From contig NC_086384.1 of assembly GCF_036588685.1 (NCBI RefSeq), positions 48,918,001 to 48,982,000 of the forward strand: a stretch of DNA of 64,000 nucleotides, written 5' to 3'. This document shows positions 14,301 to 26,644 of this stretch, in pieces. How positions within the stretch are numbered: position 1 is the stretch's first letter; every line of letters begins with the position of its first letter. A program made the translations under genes and the position numbers. The notes beneath the pieces were generated by a model. It was not told the DNA's origin, did not search any database, and saw nothing but the letters and a program-made list of their open reading frames with translations. This stretch comes from Mytilus trossulus. Taxonomy: Eukaryota.

Positions 14301-14307
14301 TATACTT
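11303..14307 (+). mobile_element. Non-LTR retrozyme-type tandem array: about 8.6 copies of a 351-bp unit carrying a type I hammerhead ribozyme (8 cores)
   Basis: Exact 351-bp period. Eight copies of GCATCA-CTGAAGA-GACA(TGTAT)TGTC-GAA-ATGCGCAT-C^TGGTGC. Confidence 0.9.
11569..11612 (+). ncRNA. Minimal type I hammerhead ribozyme (first of eight; others start at 11920, 12271, 12622, 12973, 13324, 13675, 14026)
   Basis: Core CUGAnGA...GAA...UH, stem I GCAUCA/UGGUGC, stem II GACA/UGUC, palindromic stem III AUGCGCAU. Predicted cleavage after C11606 (AUC). Confidence 0.9.
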
Positions 14308-15609
14308 ATAGGAACAATCTTAGGACAGTTTCGATAAAAATGCCCAATTTCTAAAAATGTTATTATGTAACAAATATATTTTTATTGAAATGAATAAATG
14401 CCTTTTATTTACTCTCATTTATATTTTAGGCATTAAGCTTAATGCCTGCACAGTTTGTTTCATGATTTAAGACTTATGTCTAACATCATTTAGGCAATAG
14501 ACTTACTGCCTAAGCGTTAGCTTATTGCTTAGGATTTACGCGTAATGACTAATTTCAATTATTGCCGATAACATATACAGATTGTGCATACAAATATTCG
14601 AGGATTATAATGAAGTATAACGGACCAGAATAATTTGTGCAACACGTATCAAACCAATAATATAAGAAAATAAAAAATACAAAAAGCATTAAACATGAAG
14701 AAGACGCGTCTTAACCGTAAACAAAACTTCAATATTGTAGTGTGTTATGTACTGTTATTTTCAAATCCGTGTAGAAAAATAGCTTATTTTTCTTCATCTC
14801 TACAACACTTAAGTAAAGAAAAAAGAAGAGACTTCAGAACACATTTATTTTTAAATATGTAAGGTTTATTCCCTTAGATTGCTAAAGCGTCCAATACAAG
14901 TTTAACCACACAAAAAGGAATTGATGCAAATTACCTATAGGTGTATTTGTTAAAAAAACTATTTTCATTAAAAAGTATATCATACTTATCAGTCTGATTA
15001 TTTCTCGTTGTTGATTTACGTCAAAATAAGTCTAACACATTTATTGTATATCCGTACCTGTGATTAATACAATTAATCGAAGGTTACTTTACGATAATTC
15101 CGCACAATGCATCAACTGCAATTATTATATTATAACTACATGTATTCAGAAATTACAGCCTACATGAGTTTTATAGATCATCAATGTTTGGCATGTAGAC
15201 ACGGATCAACGTGAATGTAATCTGCATTTCATAAATCTCATATGACGAGCACATGTTCATACGGTATAAGGAAGTACTTGAAATAAATAAATGATAAACA
15301 TAATCAATCTAAGGTGAAGATATGATAATGTCACATAATCATGTAAATTCGGTTATCAGGTTATCATTGATACGATGACACGTGCTTTAATAGAATGGGG
15401 CTATGTTTCAAAGTTTGACATGTATGCTACTCAGCAATATGAATGTCAAATGCATGCTCGTGAATTTAACACGACGGTCAAGGGTCCAAATAGTATTGAG
15501 TATACAGGGAGATAAATGATTAATGAGATGAATCTACGGTGAATAAGTGATACAAAATCATGTAATCATAGATTATCGCTTGATTTCTAGAACAAATAAT
15601 ATTTTATTG

Positions 15610-17470
15610 TTAATAGTGAACAAAAAGATAAAACTTGCTACATAAAGTTCAAATGATAAGTATTCTGGAATTTCTTATTGGCAAAATATTTGTTAAATTT
15701 GAAGGTAAACTTTTTTCTACAAACTGTCGGCATACCTATACGAATGATTTTTGCATAATTTTGCTGACCTCTTCTCATTTTCACTTACGTCAGAGCTCCG
15801 TCAGACCCTTGTTAAAAACGAGAAAATCAAAGAAGCCAGGTCATTTATTTCATTACGGATATACTGATGATGTTCCATCCAATTAAAGGACATTGGCTAA
15901 TATATTTATGTCCACGACTTTGACTCCAATTCTCAAATTTGATTTATAACATACTTAAACGTATAGTATCTAAATTTCTATCAGTCTAAATTAAACAGTT
16001 ATCAATGCATGTACTCGATCAATAAATCAAAATTTCGTGTGTACTTAAGCCAACTACGAATAAAGAACGAGATGACCCGGAGATAAATAGATAGTGACCT
16101 TGTGTGGTTCGAATTGTCTAGATCTGTTTGATTTTATGTTATAGATTAACTGTATAAGAATACTGTTGTGGATTAAATCAGCAACAAAATGGTTCACCTT
16201 TTCCCATTTTCATTGTTGACATTCATTCCCTTTTAATGGATGAACACTACTAATACATACGCAACCGATCTCTAACAAAAGATTGAATTGAATTCATATG
16301 AATTCGGATTAAATTTCTTTGCTTATTTTGACAAAATAGAAATAATGTGGCTGCTAAAAGTGAATTACTATTTCATTATTTCACGTTTATTAAGAATTGA
16401 TACAAACACAATCATATTCTATTTCATTTCATGTCTTGTAGCTTGTGCCCCTCTGTCAATTAAAACTTTTTTGAATTGGTTCCATTAATTAATCCTCAAG
16501 ACCCAGAACTAAAAGTAAAAAAAACCAAAAGACACGGCTTCCTCTGTCGCATTTTTAGACTTGTACCTCGAATTCGACATATGTAGTCATTTTAGTACCA
16601 GAATCTTTGACAAACTAGACAATTTTAATTTTATTCCCTCGCCCTAGAAGCAATATACCAACATCAATTGCGAATGGAATATTCATTGGTTTTCAAGAGC
16701 ACGCTGCTGCTTCTCGTACTTTGTAAAAAATCAACAGTTTCTGCACAGAGAGTTGTAAAACCAGGGTTATGTCAAAGAACGTCTTGCTCTCTTCCTAAGA
16801 AATGTAATCGGAATATACCAAGACATTAATGATAAATATTCCGTATAATCTTCTCAAGCAATACTCGACGGTCATGAAGTATGGATTATAGATACTGAAG
16901 TTATTTACCATCTTAAGTGCGTGTTAAAGTGTTCTTTTATTTGTCTGTGTAAATTATTACTTTAATTGTTTAGTCTATTTCTGATAATATTCATTTGATG
17001 TGGCTCGGTACTTGTACATCCCGTTAGTGGGATTTGATGCTATAGTAATTTTTTGTGTTCTTCTTTACAGTTATGTCAGCCTCATATCTTGACCTACATA
17101 TAACAATTGACAATGAGGGTCGGTTGAAAACTAATCTTTACGACAAAAGATATGATTTGGGCTTCGCAATTGTGACTTTTCAATTTGTATTTCCAAATGG
17201 TAAAGTTGAAATCATCACTTCGTACATTTTATGGACGCCATCACGAGTTGGTTGAACGTTATGAAATATCACTTTCACAGATGATATCAGATATGCTCTT
17301 TATGTCGTTACTACATTCTTGTTGCCTTGTTACGAATGTGACCTACCGAATTAAACTATTTCCTGGCTAATTTGTAATAGCATGAGCATCACGACGGATG
17401 CAACATGTGAAGCAGGATATCCTTAACTTTCCGGAACATCTGAGACACCCTCTTATATTTTGGTGGGATA
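15610..17470 (+). mobile_element. Decayed Penelope-like RT fragments (two elements; the first interrupted by a ~570-bp insert at about 15887-16455)
   Basis: ILEFLIGKIFVKFEG, YTDDV, DTASSVAFLDLYLEFD, SASYLDLHITIDNEGRLKTNLYDKRYD, LKSSLRTFYGRHHELVERY. Confidence 0.7.
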
Positions 17471-18272
17471 CGTTTTGCCGTGACATTGTTTTTCAACTAA
17501 CTTCTTTCAGTAACTGATATCCTCTATACCTTTGGAATGGGATATTCTAAACATATAAATGATGAAATTCTAAAGAAACACAGGAATGTGTTTATCAAGT
17601 TTTTAAATGGTCAATATTGGCTGTGCAATGAGAAGGTCTGGTAAGGGCTAATCTACGCCTAAAATTCAAAATATATCCTATGAAAGATTTTTGACAATTT
17701 TTCCACACTTGAGTGTTTATTTCATTCGAATCAATTTGTTTGGTCTTGATTTGGACTGACTTGGTGAAAATTATTCACTCTCATTTATGGTATGAATTAT
17801 CATTAAATACAACATATATGAATATTAAGACTGAACAGACTTGAAGACACTTCCATTGTAGACAAAACCGTAAAAGATCAAACTTTATTTTTGGTTTTAT
17901 TTCAGTAATGTTATACAGTGGCTACCACAAAATGTATATGGTTCCAGTGATAACTTGATTATACCTTAATGAAAATTTAGATCATTTATATTCAGAGAAG
18001 GTGCTTTATCTCTCATATTCTTGTTAATGTCTCTCTTGGTTTCTAGTAACAATCGACGGTTATTCTTTATATCAATACTGACAAGCAATAAAAAAGTGAG
18101 ATGTTTAATCATCCTTTCATGTATCTAATTATTTACTTACAGCTGTACTATGCAAAACACAATAATAGGTGGCTTCTTATTGATGAACTCCTCTTTGTCT
18201 GTCTTATACATTACTTTACTATATTTTCATGATTCCTCTAGCAAATAAAATACTGTGGATTTGATCCATTTA

Positions 18273-21200
18273 TTATTTAAACACGTATAAATGTTTTTTT
18301 TCCCTTTCTAGTAACAGCTGTACAATGTTATCATATCCTTTACGACTTGCCACAAACAATGGAGATGATTCATTATCCATACACAAATCACTGTCTGCAT
18401 TGTTGTCTATTAGCATCTTTACTATATATATATTACCTTCCACAAGCCACAAACAAAGGAGAGACTTCACCATACATACACCTATTAATATCTGCCTTGT
18501 TTTCCAGTAACAACTTTACTATATTTGTGTGTCCTTCCTGACAAGCCACAAACAAAGGCGAGGCTTCATCATACATACACTTATTAATGTCTGCCTTGTT
18601 TTCCAGTAACATATTTACTATATCTGTGTGTCCTTTCTGACAAGCTATAAACAAGGAAGAGGCTTCATCATCAAAACACTTATTGATGTCTGCATTGTTA
18701 TCAAGTAACAGCTGCACTATATTTCTAAATCCTTCATGACAAGCAACAAATAAAGGAGATGCTTCCTTATCGTTACACTTATCAATGTCTGCCTTGTTGT
18801 CTAGTAACAGCTTGACTATATCTTCGTATCCTTTTTGACAAGCAATAAGTAAGGGGGATATCTCATTATCCATGCATTTATTAATTTCTGCTTTGTTGTC
18901 TAGCAACAGTTGTACTATATTTATATGTCCTTCTTGACATGCAATAAACAAGGGGGATATCTCATCAACATTACACTTGTTAAAGTCCGCCTTGTTATTA
19001 AGTAACAGATGGACTATATCTTTCTGGTTAAACTCACACGCTACATACAAGGGAGATTTTTCACATGTATTACACTTATTAATGTCTGCCTTATGGTCTA
19101 GTAACTGTTGTACTATATCTGTATGTCCTTGCTGACAAGCAATTAAAAAGGGAGATGCTTCGTTATCCTTACATTTACTGAGGTCTGCATCACTGTCTAG
19201 TAATAGTTGTACTACATCTATATGTCCTTCCTGACAAGCAATAAACAAAGGAGATGCTTCATTATCCTTACATTTATTGATATCTACTTTGTATTTTAGT
19301 AACAACTTTACTACATTTGTTTGTCCTTGCTGACAAGCAATAAAAAAAGGAGATGTTTCATTATCCTTACATTTACTGAGGTCTGCCTCATTTTCTAGTA
19401 ACAAATGTACTATATCTGTATGTCCTTCCTGACAAGCCATGAACAAAGGAGATGCTTCATCATTCATACACTTATTGATATCTGCTTTGTTTTTTAATAA
19501 CAACTGCACTATATCTTTATGTCCTTCCTGACAAGCAATAAATAGGGAAGACGCTTCTTCATCGGTACATTTATTAATATCTGCTGTGTTGTATAGTAAC
19601 AGCCGAACTATAACTATATATCCTCCATTACTAGCTATGAATAAGGGAGAAACCTCATGATCCATACATTTATCAATGTCTGCCCTGCTGTCCAATAACA
19701 GCTGTACTATATCTGTATGTCCTTCCCGACAAGCCATAAATAATGGAGATTGTTCATCATCGTTACACTTATTGATATCAGCTTTCCTTTTTAGTAAAAG
19801 CTGTACTACATCTATATGTCCTTCCTGACAAGCAATGGATAAGGGGGATGTATCATTATCTTTACACTTATTACTGTCTGCATTGTTATCTAGTAACAAC
19901 TCTACTACATCTTTATATCCTTCCTGACAAGCCATAAACAGGGGCGATGCTTCATCATCTGTATACTTATTCATGTCTGCCTTGTTTTCCAATAGCATCT
20001 TCACAACTTTAGTATGCCCTTCTTGTGATGCTACATGTAAAGGACTCAAACCATCATTTTTACACAGATTAATATCAACACAATGATACAAACACCACTG
20101 AATGAAAGAAATGTCTCCTTTAAAACAACACTGTAAAAGAACACTATCGTTGTCAGTGTCATCACATGTTTGTGCTAGTTGTCTCTGATTTGAAATATCA
20201 AGGGTATTTAAATGACACAGAAATCGTCGTCTGAACTTTGGTATATCCATATTGATATTATTAAACACATCAATTACCTTCCCACAAGACCAGTCATTGA
20301 CCATTCTCTGTATATACATTTGGTGGTATTCAGGGGGAACTATAGTGACGAGTTGGTCACTGTCTTTTTCTATCTCTAATAAAAAACGTTCCATAATAAA
20401 TCCACTATTTGCATTCTGGATTAAAAAAATGGGCATTTTTTTTCCAAAATAATACGATAAAATATCAAACAGTTTATCGTGTAAAGTTCTGTAAACACCA
20501 TGTTCCTTTCTTATGAAGGTTTGCTCAAGTGAATCAAGTTCATCTAATAAGATTGACCTAGACGTACTTTTGTCCAGTCTACATGCCTCAAAAGTGTTCT
20601 CAATTATGCGTTTCGTTTTTTCATCTATTTCCTCTGTCAACACTTCGTTTGTAAAATTATTATTAAAAACAATACACAATGCTATTGCACAGTATTTACC
20701 AAAATTTTTATTCTTTTTCAGATGTTCCATCTCTTTTTCATACACTGAAAATGGATTCTGAAAAAAATCTTCAATCTTGAGTTCAGAATTAACATTATAC
20801 AATTTACAGAGCAATGGGAAACAATCATTTAAATCAGAATACTGAATAATCTTAGAAGCGTCATCTTTCAGATATGACTCTGCAATTAACTGTTTTTCCG
20901 TTTTTGACAAGCATAAGTCTGCTGATAACAAGTTGCATGTATTGGTTCTGAAAATTGATAAGGATTCGAAGTGTTCATCTTTGTAGACTTGTAATCTGCA
21001 GGCAACAATAATTTTTGTGAGTTTATTGTTATTTCCAGTTAATTCTTTAATACGTTTTATGACTGATTCCCAGATGTTTACATCGGATTGGTTTATTGAA
21101 AATGTTCCACAAAAGTCATCAATAACAAACAATGTTTTCTGATTTGGATTACAAAACTGAACGATTTCATGAGGATTGGTTACTAGTAATGCATCATACC

Positions 21201-21380
21201 CGTCTCCAATCATTTTCAAAACCACATGCCGGAGGGTTGCTGTCTTTCCAACACCAGAACTAGCAGTAATAGTTACACAACTATGTTTCCTGATTAATTC
21301 TAGCACATGTTTTGCAGCACTAGTTTCCACAAAATTAACATCATCTTTTTTCCACTGATCAAGTATCTGACGGAATTGTA
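18273..21380 (-). CDS. Gene B terminal exon: nSTAND3-type P-loop NTPase, helical region, about 18-19 ankyrin repeats; frameshift near 18440
   Basis: Acceptor tttag|TA at 21381/21380. Walker A variant ASSGVGKT, Walker B LFVIDDFCG, IIVACR sensor-like motif, 33-aa repeats SPLFxACQEGHxDIVxLLLxNxADINKC. ORF stops at 18433 but ankyrin text resumes in another frame to 18273. The ORF-track N-terminus (21381-21537) is intron. Confidence 0.9.
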
Positions 21381-22416
21381 CTAAAATATAAATATATGAA
21401 ATATAGTAATATGAGAAATATCTATACATCAACAAAAACAGAGTTTTGTTTGATTTATTTTCTCCATGAAAATGAGAAGAACGCTGTACGATAGGAAATG
21501 ACACAATTATCAAAAAAAGATGACGTAAGAAAACCAATAATACATGTGTTTACACAAACAAAATATTTAAATTACATTGTTTTGTTGCTCTAGACAATTG
21601 GTTATTTCTTTATTTGTAGTTTCAAGCAACATTTAATTATTCTTGATGTCATTTTGCTTTTAAATCAGGATAGGTGTTTTGGGCATTTCAATACATTATG
21701 ACTTTGTACACTTTTTATGATTTTCTTATATAAAACCTACCTTGAAATACATGCACTGATATTACAAATAAGATCAGTATGTTTTCATATTTCCAAAGTG
21801 TTTAGAACTTTCTACAGTATTCTACATTCTTTGGTACAATGCAGTTTTTTTTAAAAAGTACTGTTTGAACATTTCGTATATTCATGCATTCTGTTTTATA
21901 ATTAACCTGCACTTATCAAATGTTATTATCTAGTTGGTTAAGATCGACGAAACTAGAATGTCATTCCATCAGTGAGAATTGATAAAATCAATCTATTTAT
22001 TTTAACTTTAAGAATTTTGTGTTGATTGAGGTTCTTTGCGAGTCTAAGCAAAAAGCAATTTTAAATATTCGAAAACTTATTTTTATACAAATTAAGACTA
22101 AGAGTCGCGATAATGTAATTGTAATTGAACTAAAATTTATTTGTTCACCAGTTCTTCCGAAAACTGACTGGTAATAATTTATGATCGTATCTCCTCCGTT
22201 GCATGAAACTACAAATTGAACCAATATTTTGTAGGATTGTCCTTTTGCCAATGTAACCTTGAAATAATTCTTACTTGCTCATTATGGAGTAGGTTTCATA
22301 ATTGTACTATCGATTAAGTGATTTGTAATATTTCATTGCCATAGAGTAAATATTGTTATTTGATAGTTTAAAAAATTGCAAGGAAAAGGACATTTGTATA
22401 TTGTTTTTCTCCTAAC

Positions 22417-22513
22417 CTGCAAGGTTCCAAGGTACTGTTGATTGGTCTAAATGTTTTGTTCTTAGCTCGTTACATTCCTCAACTGTTTCTTGATCACCTA
22501 GTCTTCTTATAGC
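22417..22513 (-). CDS. Gene B coding exon 3 (97-nt linker exon)
   Basis: tag|GCT...GCA G|gttagg, AIRRLGDQETVEECNELRTKHLDQSTVPWNLA. Phase 0 in, phase 1 out; homologous to 44443-44539. Confidence 0.85.
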
Positions 22514-23221
22514 CTATTACAATACATGAAAAATGTTTGCACTGTATCAAAATATAATTGGTATAACTGTGAGACATATTTACAAAATATAAGTTGACAA
22601 ACTTGAACATCTTGTCTGTTAAAATGTTTAAATCAAAATTTAAAGAATTTGAGAACTGGTTTCGATTATATTCAATCTGCGCAATACAAATCAAATTAAT
22701 TTAGGTCAAATTATTTTGTTTTCGTTTCCTACATAACTCTACGTAACATATAATCATAAAGTTTACAAGACCCAATTTTCCTTCAATAGGGATCTTTGCA
22801 ACTTTTTGATATACATTGCTGCACGATAATAGATCATAAATAAATAGACGTCAGGTGGCATAGTTCATGTGTTGACGCTTTTTTTTTTGCCTTCCAACGA
22901 ATTACATACGAATAAGAAAAGGCAACAGTAGTATACCGCTGTTCAAAATTCATCAATCGATAGAGAAAAAAACAAATCAGGGTTACAAACTAAAACCAGG
23001 AAAACGTACCAAATAAAAGAGACCTTCGACACAATAGAAACACAATATTAAAATATTACACACACAGAAACGAACTATAATATAACAATGGCTATTTTCC
23101 TGACCTGGGAAAATACATTTTAAGAAGAAAATGGTGGTTTGAATCTGGTTTTATGGCATGCCAAACCACCGGCTTTAATAGCAATGTCAATTATAACATT
23201 AGAATGACAAATTATTATATT

Positions 23222-24405
23222 TTTACTAGATAACATTTTTGTTCGCTTTAGAGATTCCGTTTATCGTCAGGTCATCGGAACTCCAATGTGACAAACTGTG
23301 CACCACTTATTGCGGACCTGTTTTTATTTGCTATGAGTAACAATTTATGACAAAAATCAGCAAAGACCCATCGAAACAACATCTGATACTCAAATTTAAT
23401 AATACTTTTAGATATTTAGATGATATTTTCGCTCTCAATAATGACCACTTCAGTATGTATACTAAAGAAATTTATCCTGTTGATCTTACTTTTAATAAAA
23501 CTAATACTAACAATGACTACTGCCCTTTCCCCGATCGTGATAACTATATCACAAACAGAAAGCTTAATACTAACATTTTTGATTAAAGAGATGACTTCAT
23601 TTGCTATCGTAAATTATCCATTTTTAGATGGTGACGCTCCCTTGTCATCATCCTTACGGTGTTTATATATCTTAACTTGTGCGATTCGCTCGTGTATGTA
23701 ACAATGTTTTAGGTTTCAACGAGAGAAATGTATGTATTACTGAAAAATTATAACACCAGGGTTTTCGATATCACAAACTAGTCAACACATTTACTAAATT
23801 TCATCATCGGTATAAGGACATTATTCGTAAGTATAGCTCAACATGCAGACTTCTTATACGTTCAGGTATTTCACATTCATTTTTTTTATTGAAATATTCT
23901 TTATAAAGCAAAAAAATGACAGTATTCACCTCAATAACTAACAAAACATTTAAATAGAATTATAAAGAAGGGATAAAGTTACGATCATGTTGTCAGGTCA
24001 TTATTAAGATTTCATATTTTGGCGTTAATGTTAATTCACTTAAAGGGTAGTCGCATCTGAACTAAACGCATTTATTAAATAAAAACAGTTGTTGGCATGA
24101 CACAAGGGGGAGGGTTGAGATATCATAAATATGTTTCACTCCGCCGCATTTTAGCGCCTTTCACAAGTCAGGAGCCTCTGGTCTTTGTTAGTAATGTATT
24201 TTTTTAAATTCTAGTTTCTTGTGTACAGTTTGGAAATTAGTATGGCGTTCATTATCACTGAACTAATATACATTTGTTAAGGGGCCAGCTGAAGGACACC
24301 TCCGGGTGCGGGAATTTCACGCCACATGACCTTATGCTGTTGTTTTTTCTATGGTCGGGTTGTTGTCTTTTTGACACATTCCCCATTTCCATTCTCAATT
24401 TTATT
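23222..24405 (+). mobile_element. 5'-truncated Penelope-like retroelement remnant (RT C-half plus 3' non-coding end)
   Basis: Broken frames LLDNIFVRF..YRQVIGTPM..NCAPLIADLF..FNNTFRYLDDIFALNN..FAIVNYPFLDGD. Ends in cccatttccattctcaattttat, shared with the 57861-58620 copy. Confidence 0.8.
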
Positions 24406-25187
24406 ACATGACAGGACTGCAAAACAAACAAATGGGAAAAATTATAGGACAGAGAAATAAACGAATAATAGTCAACAAAAGGCACCAGGCTAAAAATTTA
24501 AAAAACCAGACGCGCCACGTCCACACAAGACAATAAGAATACTTTATTAAATACAATTAAAGGGTAAGTTTCCAAGGATTTAGAGTTATTAATTTTACAG
24601 TATTTAACGATACATAACATTGACAAAAACCAATAAATAAGTTTCCTCCATACAAGATGTTGTTTTAACATGTTTAATGGATATCGGTCAGTAACAAGAG
24701 GATATACTTTGATTAACATATGTTAATGCAAATGAATGGTAAGCCTTCCAAGAACAAAGTCACCAAAATACTAAAATCCGAGAAAATTCAATCGGAAAGT
24801 CCATATTGACACGGCAAAATCAAATGACAATACACATCAAACGAAAGGACAACTGTCATATTTCTGACTTGGTACAGGCATTTTCAAATGTAGAAAATTG
24901 AAGATTGAACATAATTTCATAGCGCTCAACCTCTCACCTGTATTACAATCTCATCAAATTTCGTTATATTTACACATTTACACTGAAAAAAAAAAAAAAC
25001 AAATATGAAAAAAAAATAAAAAAAAAGAAAAAAATATTTACACATTGAACAAAACAGACATGATAAATTGAATAAGAAAAATATGGATACAGCAGTCGTC
25101 ACAACTGTGTTATAATCTTATACAAACAGTTTTACAAAAAAGCACAACAGCAAATGTAAACGTCACAAAGGAAGAAATTGTCGAAAT

Positions 25188-25430
25188 AAGCTTTGGATTT
25201 CAAATAGTTTGGTCACGAGCATCACTGAAGAGACATGTATTGTCGAAATGCACATCTGGTGCACGAAAATTGGTACCGTTAATTTTATTACTACCACTGG
25301 GTCGATGCCTCTGCTGGTGGACTATTAGTCCCCGAGGGTATCACCAGCCCAGTAGCCAGTATTTCGGTACTGGCATGAAAATACGGATTTTTTGTGTTAT
25401 TAAAATTTGCTGTTACAAAATATCAGAAAT
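25188..25430 (+). mobile_element. Solo partial copy of the 351-bp retrozyme unit
   Basis: Close match to the array unit. Hammerhead at 25219-25262 has stem III mutated to ATGCACAT. Confidence 0.85.
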
Positions 25431-26380
25431 TGTATCCTTCAATGTCTACACAAAACAATTTTATAGGTTCATCTAGGGGTAATAACACAATAGCAACTAC
25501 AAAGTCTATACATTCTATGATAGCAATCATCAACAAAAACACCCACTAATGACAGATTCTAATGCAATTTGATGTAACATGTTTTTCATTTGCTAAAGGT
25601 TACCGTCAAATCATTACTATAGTTGACCCGGCGTAACTCAGGAGAGACATGACATCTTGAATAGATCGGATCAACAAATGTTCAGTTCTTACAATTTTAT
25701 CAAAATAAAACAATACCTACCTTTTCCAAATTTGAATTGTAGAGGGAACGTTATAAGCTCTAGTTTGCAAGTTTTCATTTGTATGACGTCACGTTTATCC
25801 AAAAACATTCATATGCTTTCACGAACCTTTTTTGTGTGTCAAAGTTATAAATTTTTTAAATGCTTTAAAGTATTATTTCTTTTTGTACTGCATGAGAATT
25901 GGAAGAACAGTACAGTAGCTGAAGAGTTGTCACCGTCAATTTAGCGCGCCAGTAAACTGCATTTGCGACAATTGACGTGGACACATAACAGTACTGTTAT
26001 TCCTTAATTTTGCAACCTTCGTGTCTGTCCTCCGCTATATTTGTTCACAGCTGGTTATATGTATCATTGGATATCATACCACATTTATTTATGTCTAGAT
26101 TTAAAACACTCACCACAGATACCAGGATCAAAACCCTCCAAGCCAGATGTAAACATAAAGACCGATCAGTGACGCTGAATTAAAACGCTAAAGCCAAAAA
26201 CATCAAAGAAAGTAAAACAAAATGAAGACTATTGAGTGCCAAACAATTCCCAAAACGTTTGCTTAGCATTTCGAAAAACGCAAAACCATTAAACTACAAG
26301 TTATCCTACAGGCATAGATTACCTTAGCCGTATTTGGCACATTTTTTTTGAATTTTGAATTTATAAATATTTTGAAATGA

Positions 26381-26424
26381 GCGTCACTGATGAGTCTTAT
26401 GTAGACGAAACGCGCGTCTGGCGT
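26381..26424 (+). ncRNA. Type I hammerhead ribozyme, second family, intact core
   Basis: GCGTCA-CTGATGA-GTCT(TATGT)AGAC-GAA-ACGCGCGT-C^TGGCGT. Predicted cleavage after C26418 (GUC). Lies in a repeat fragment at about 26310-26460. Confidence 0.88.
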
Positions 26425-26644
26425 AATAAATGTTAATCCTGGTACCTTTGATAACTATTGATATATTTTCCTTCTCTATTTTTCACTACAAGAATCAAGT
26501 ATGATGTTATATTACAAAATGAAGATATGTTTTATTTTGAATTATAAGCAAATTTGGTAAGATAAAGACTTGCAAATATCTTTTAAAATAAAAATGATAC
26601 AATTCATTTATTTTATTGAATGAAATAGCTTATAGTGGAAATTT

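Larger units (their letters stand above)
10959..14578. mobile_element. Old TIR element hosting the retrozyme array
   Basis: Imperfect ~90-bp inverted repeats at 10959-11048 and about 14490-14578 (gtatatgt..cggcaataa..aaatccta.gcaata..agctaacg..taggca). Confidence 0.65.

Noticed and set aside
11303-14307. CRISPR array
   Set aside because: Units are near-identical over their whole length with no unique spacers, no cas genes are present, and the context is eukaryotic.
20252-21358. Plus-strand ORFs overlapping the NTPase exons (also 42228-42776 and 27312-27620)
   Set aside because: Antisense shadows of the minus-strand coding sequence.
21381-21537. Hydrophobic N-terminus or signal peptide of the 1034-aa ORF
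   Set aside because: It lies upstream of the AG acceptor at 21381-21382 and is absent in paralog C; it is intron read-through.
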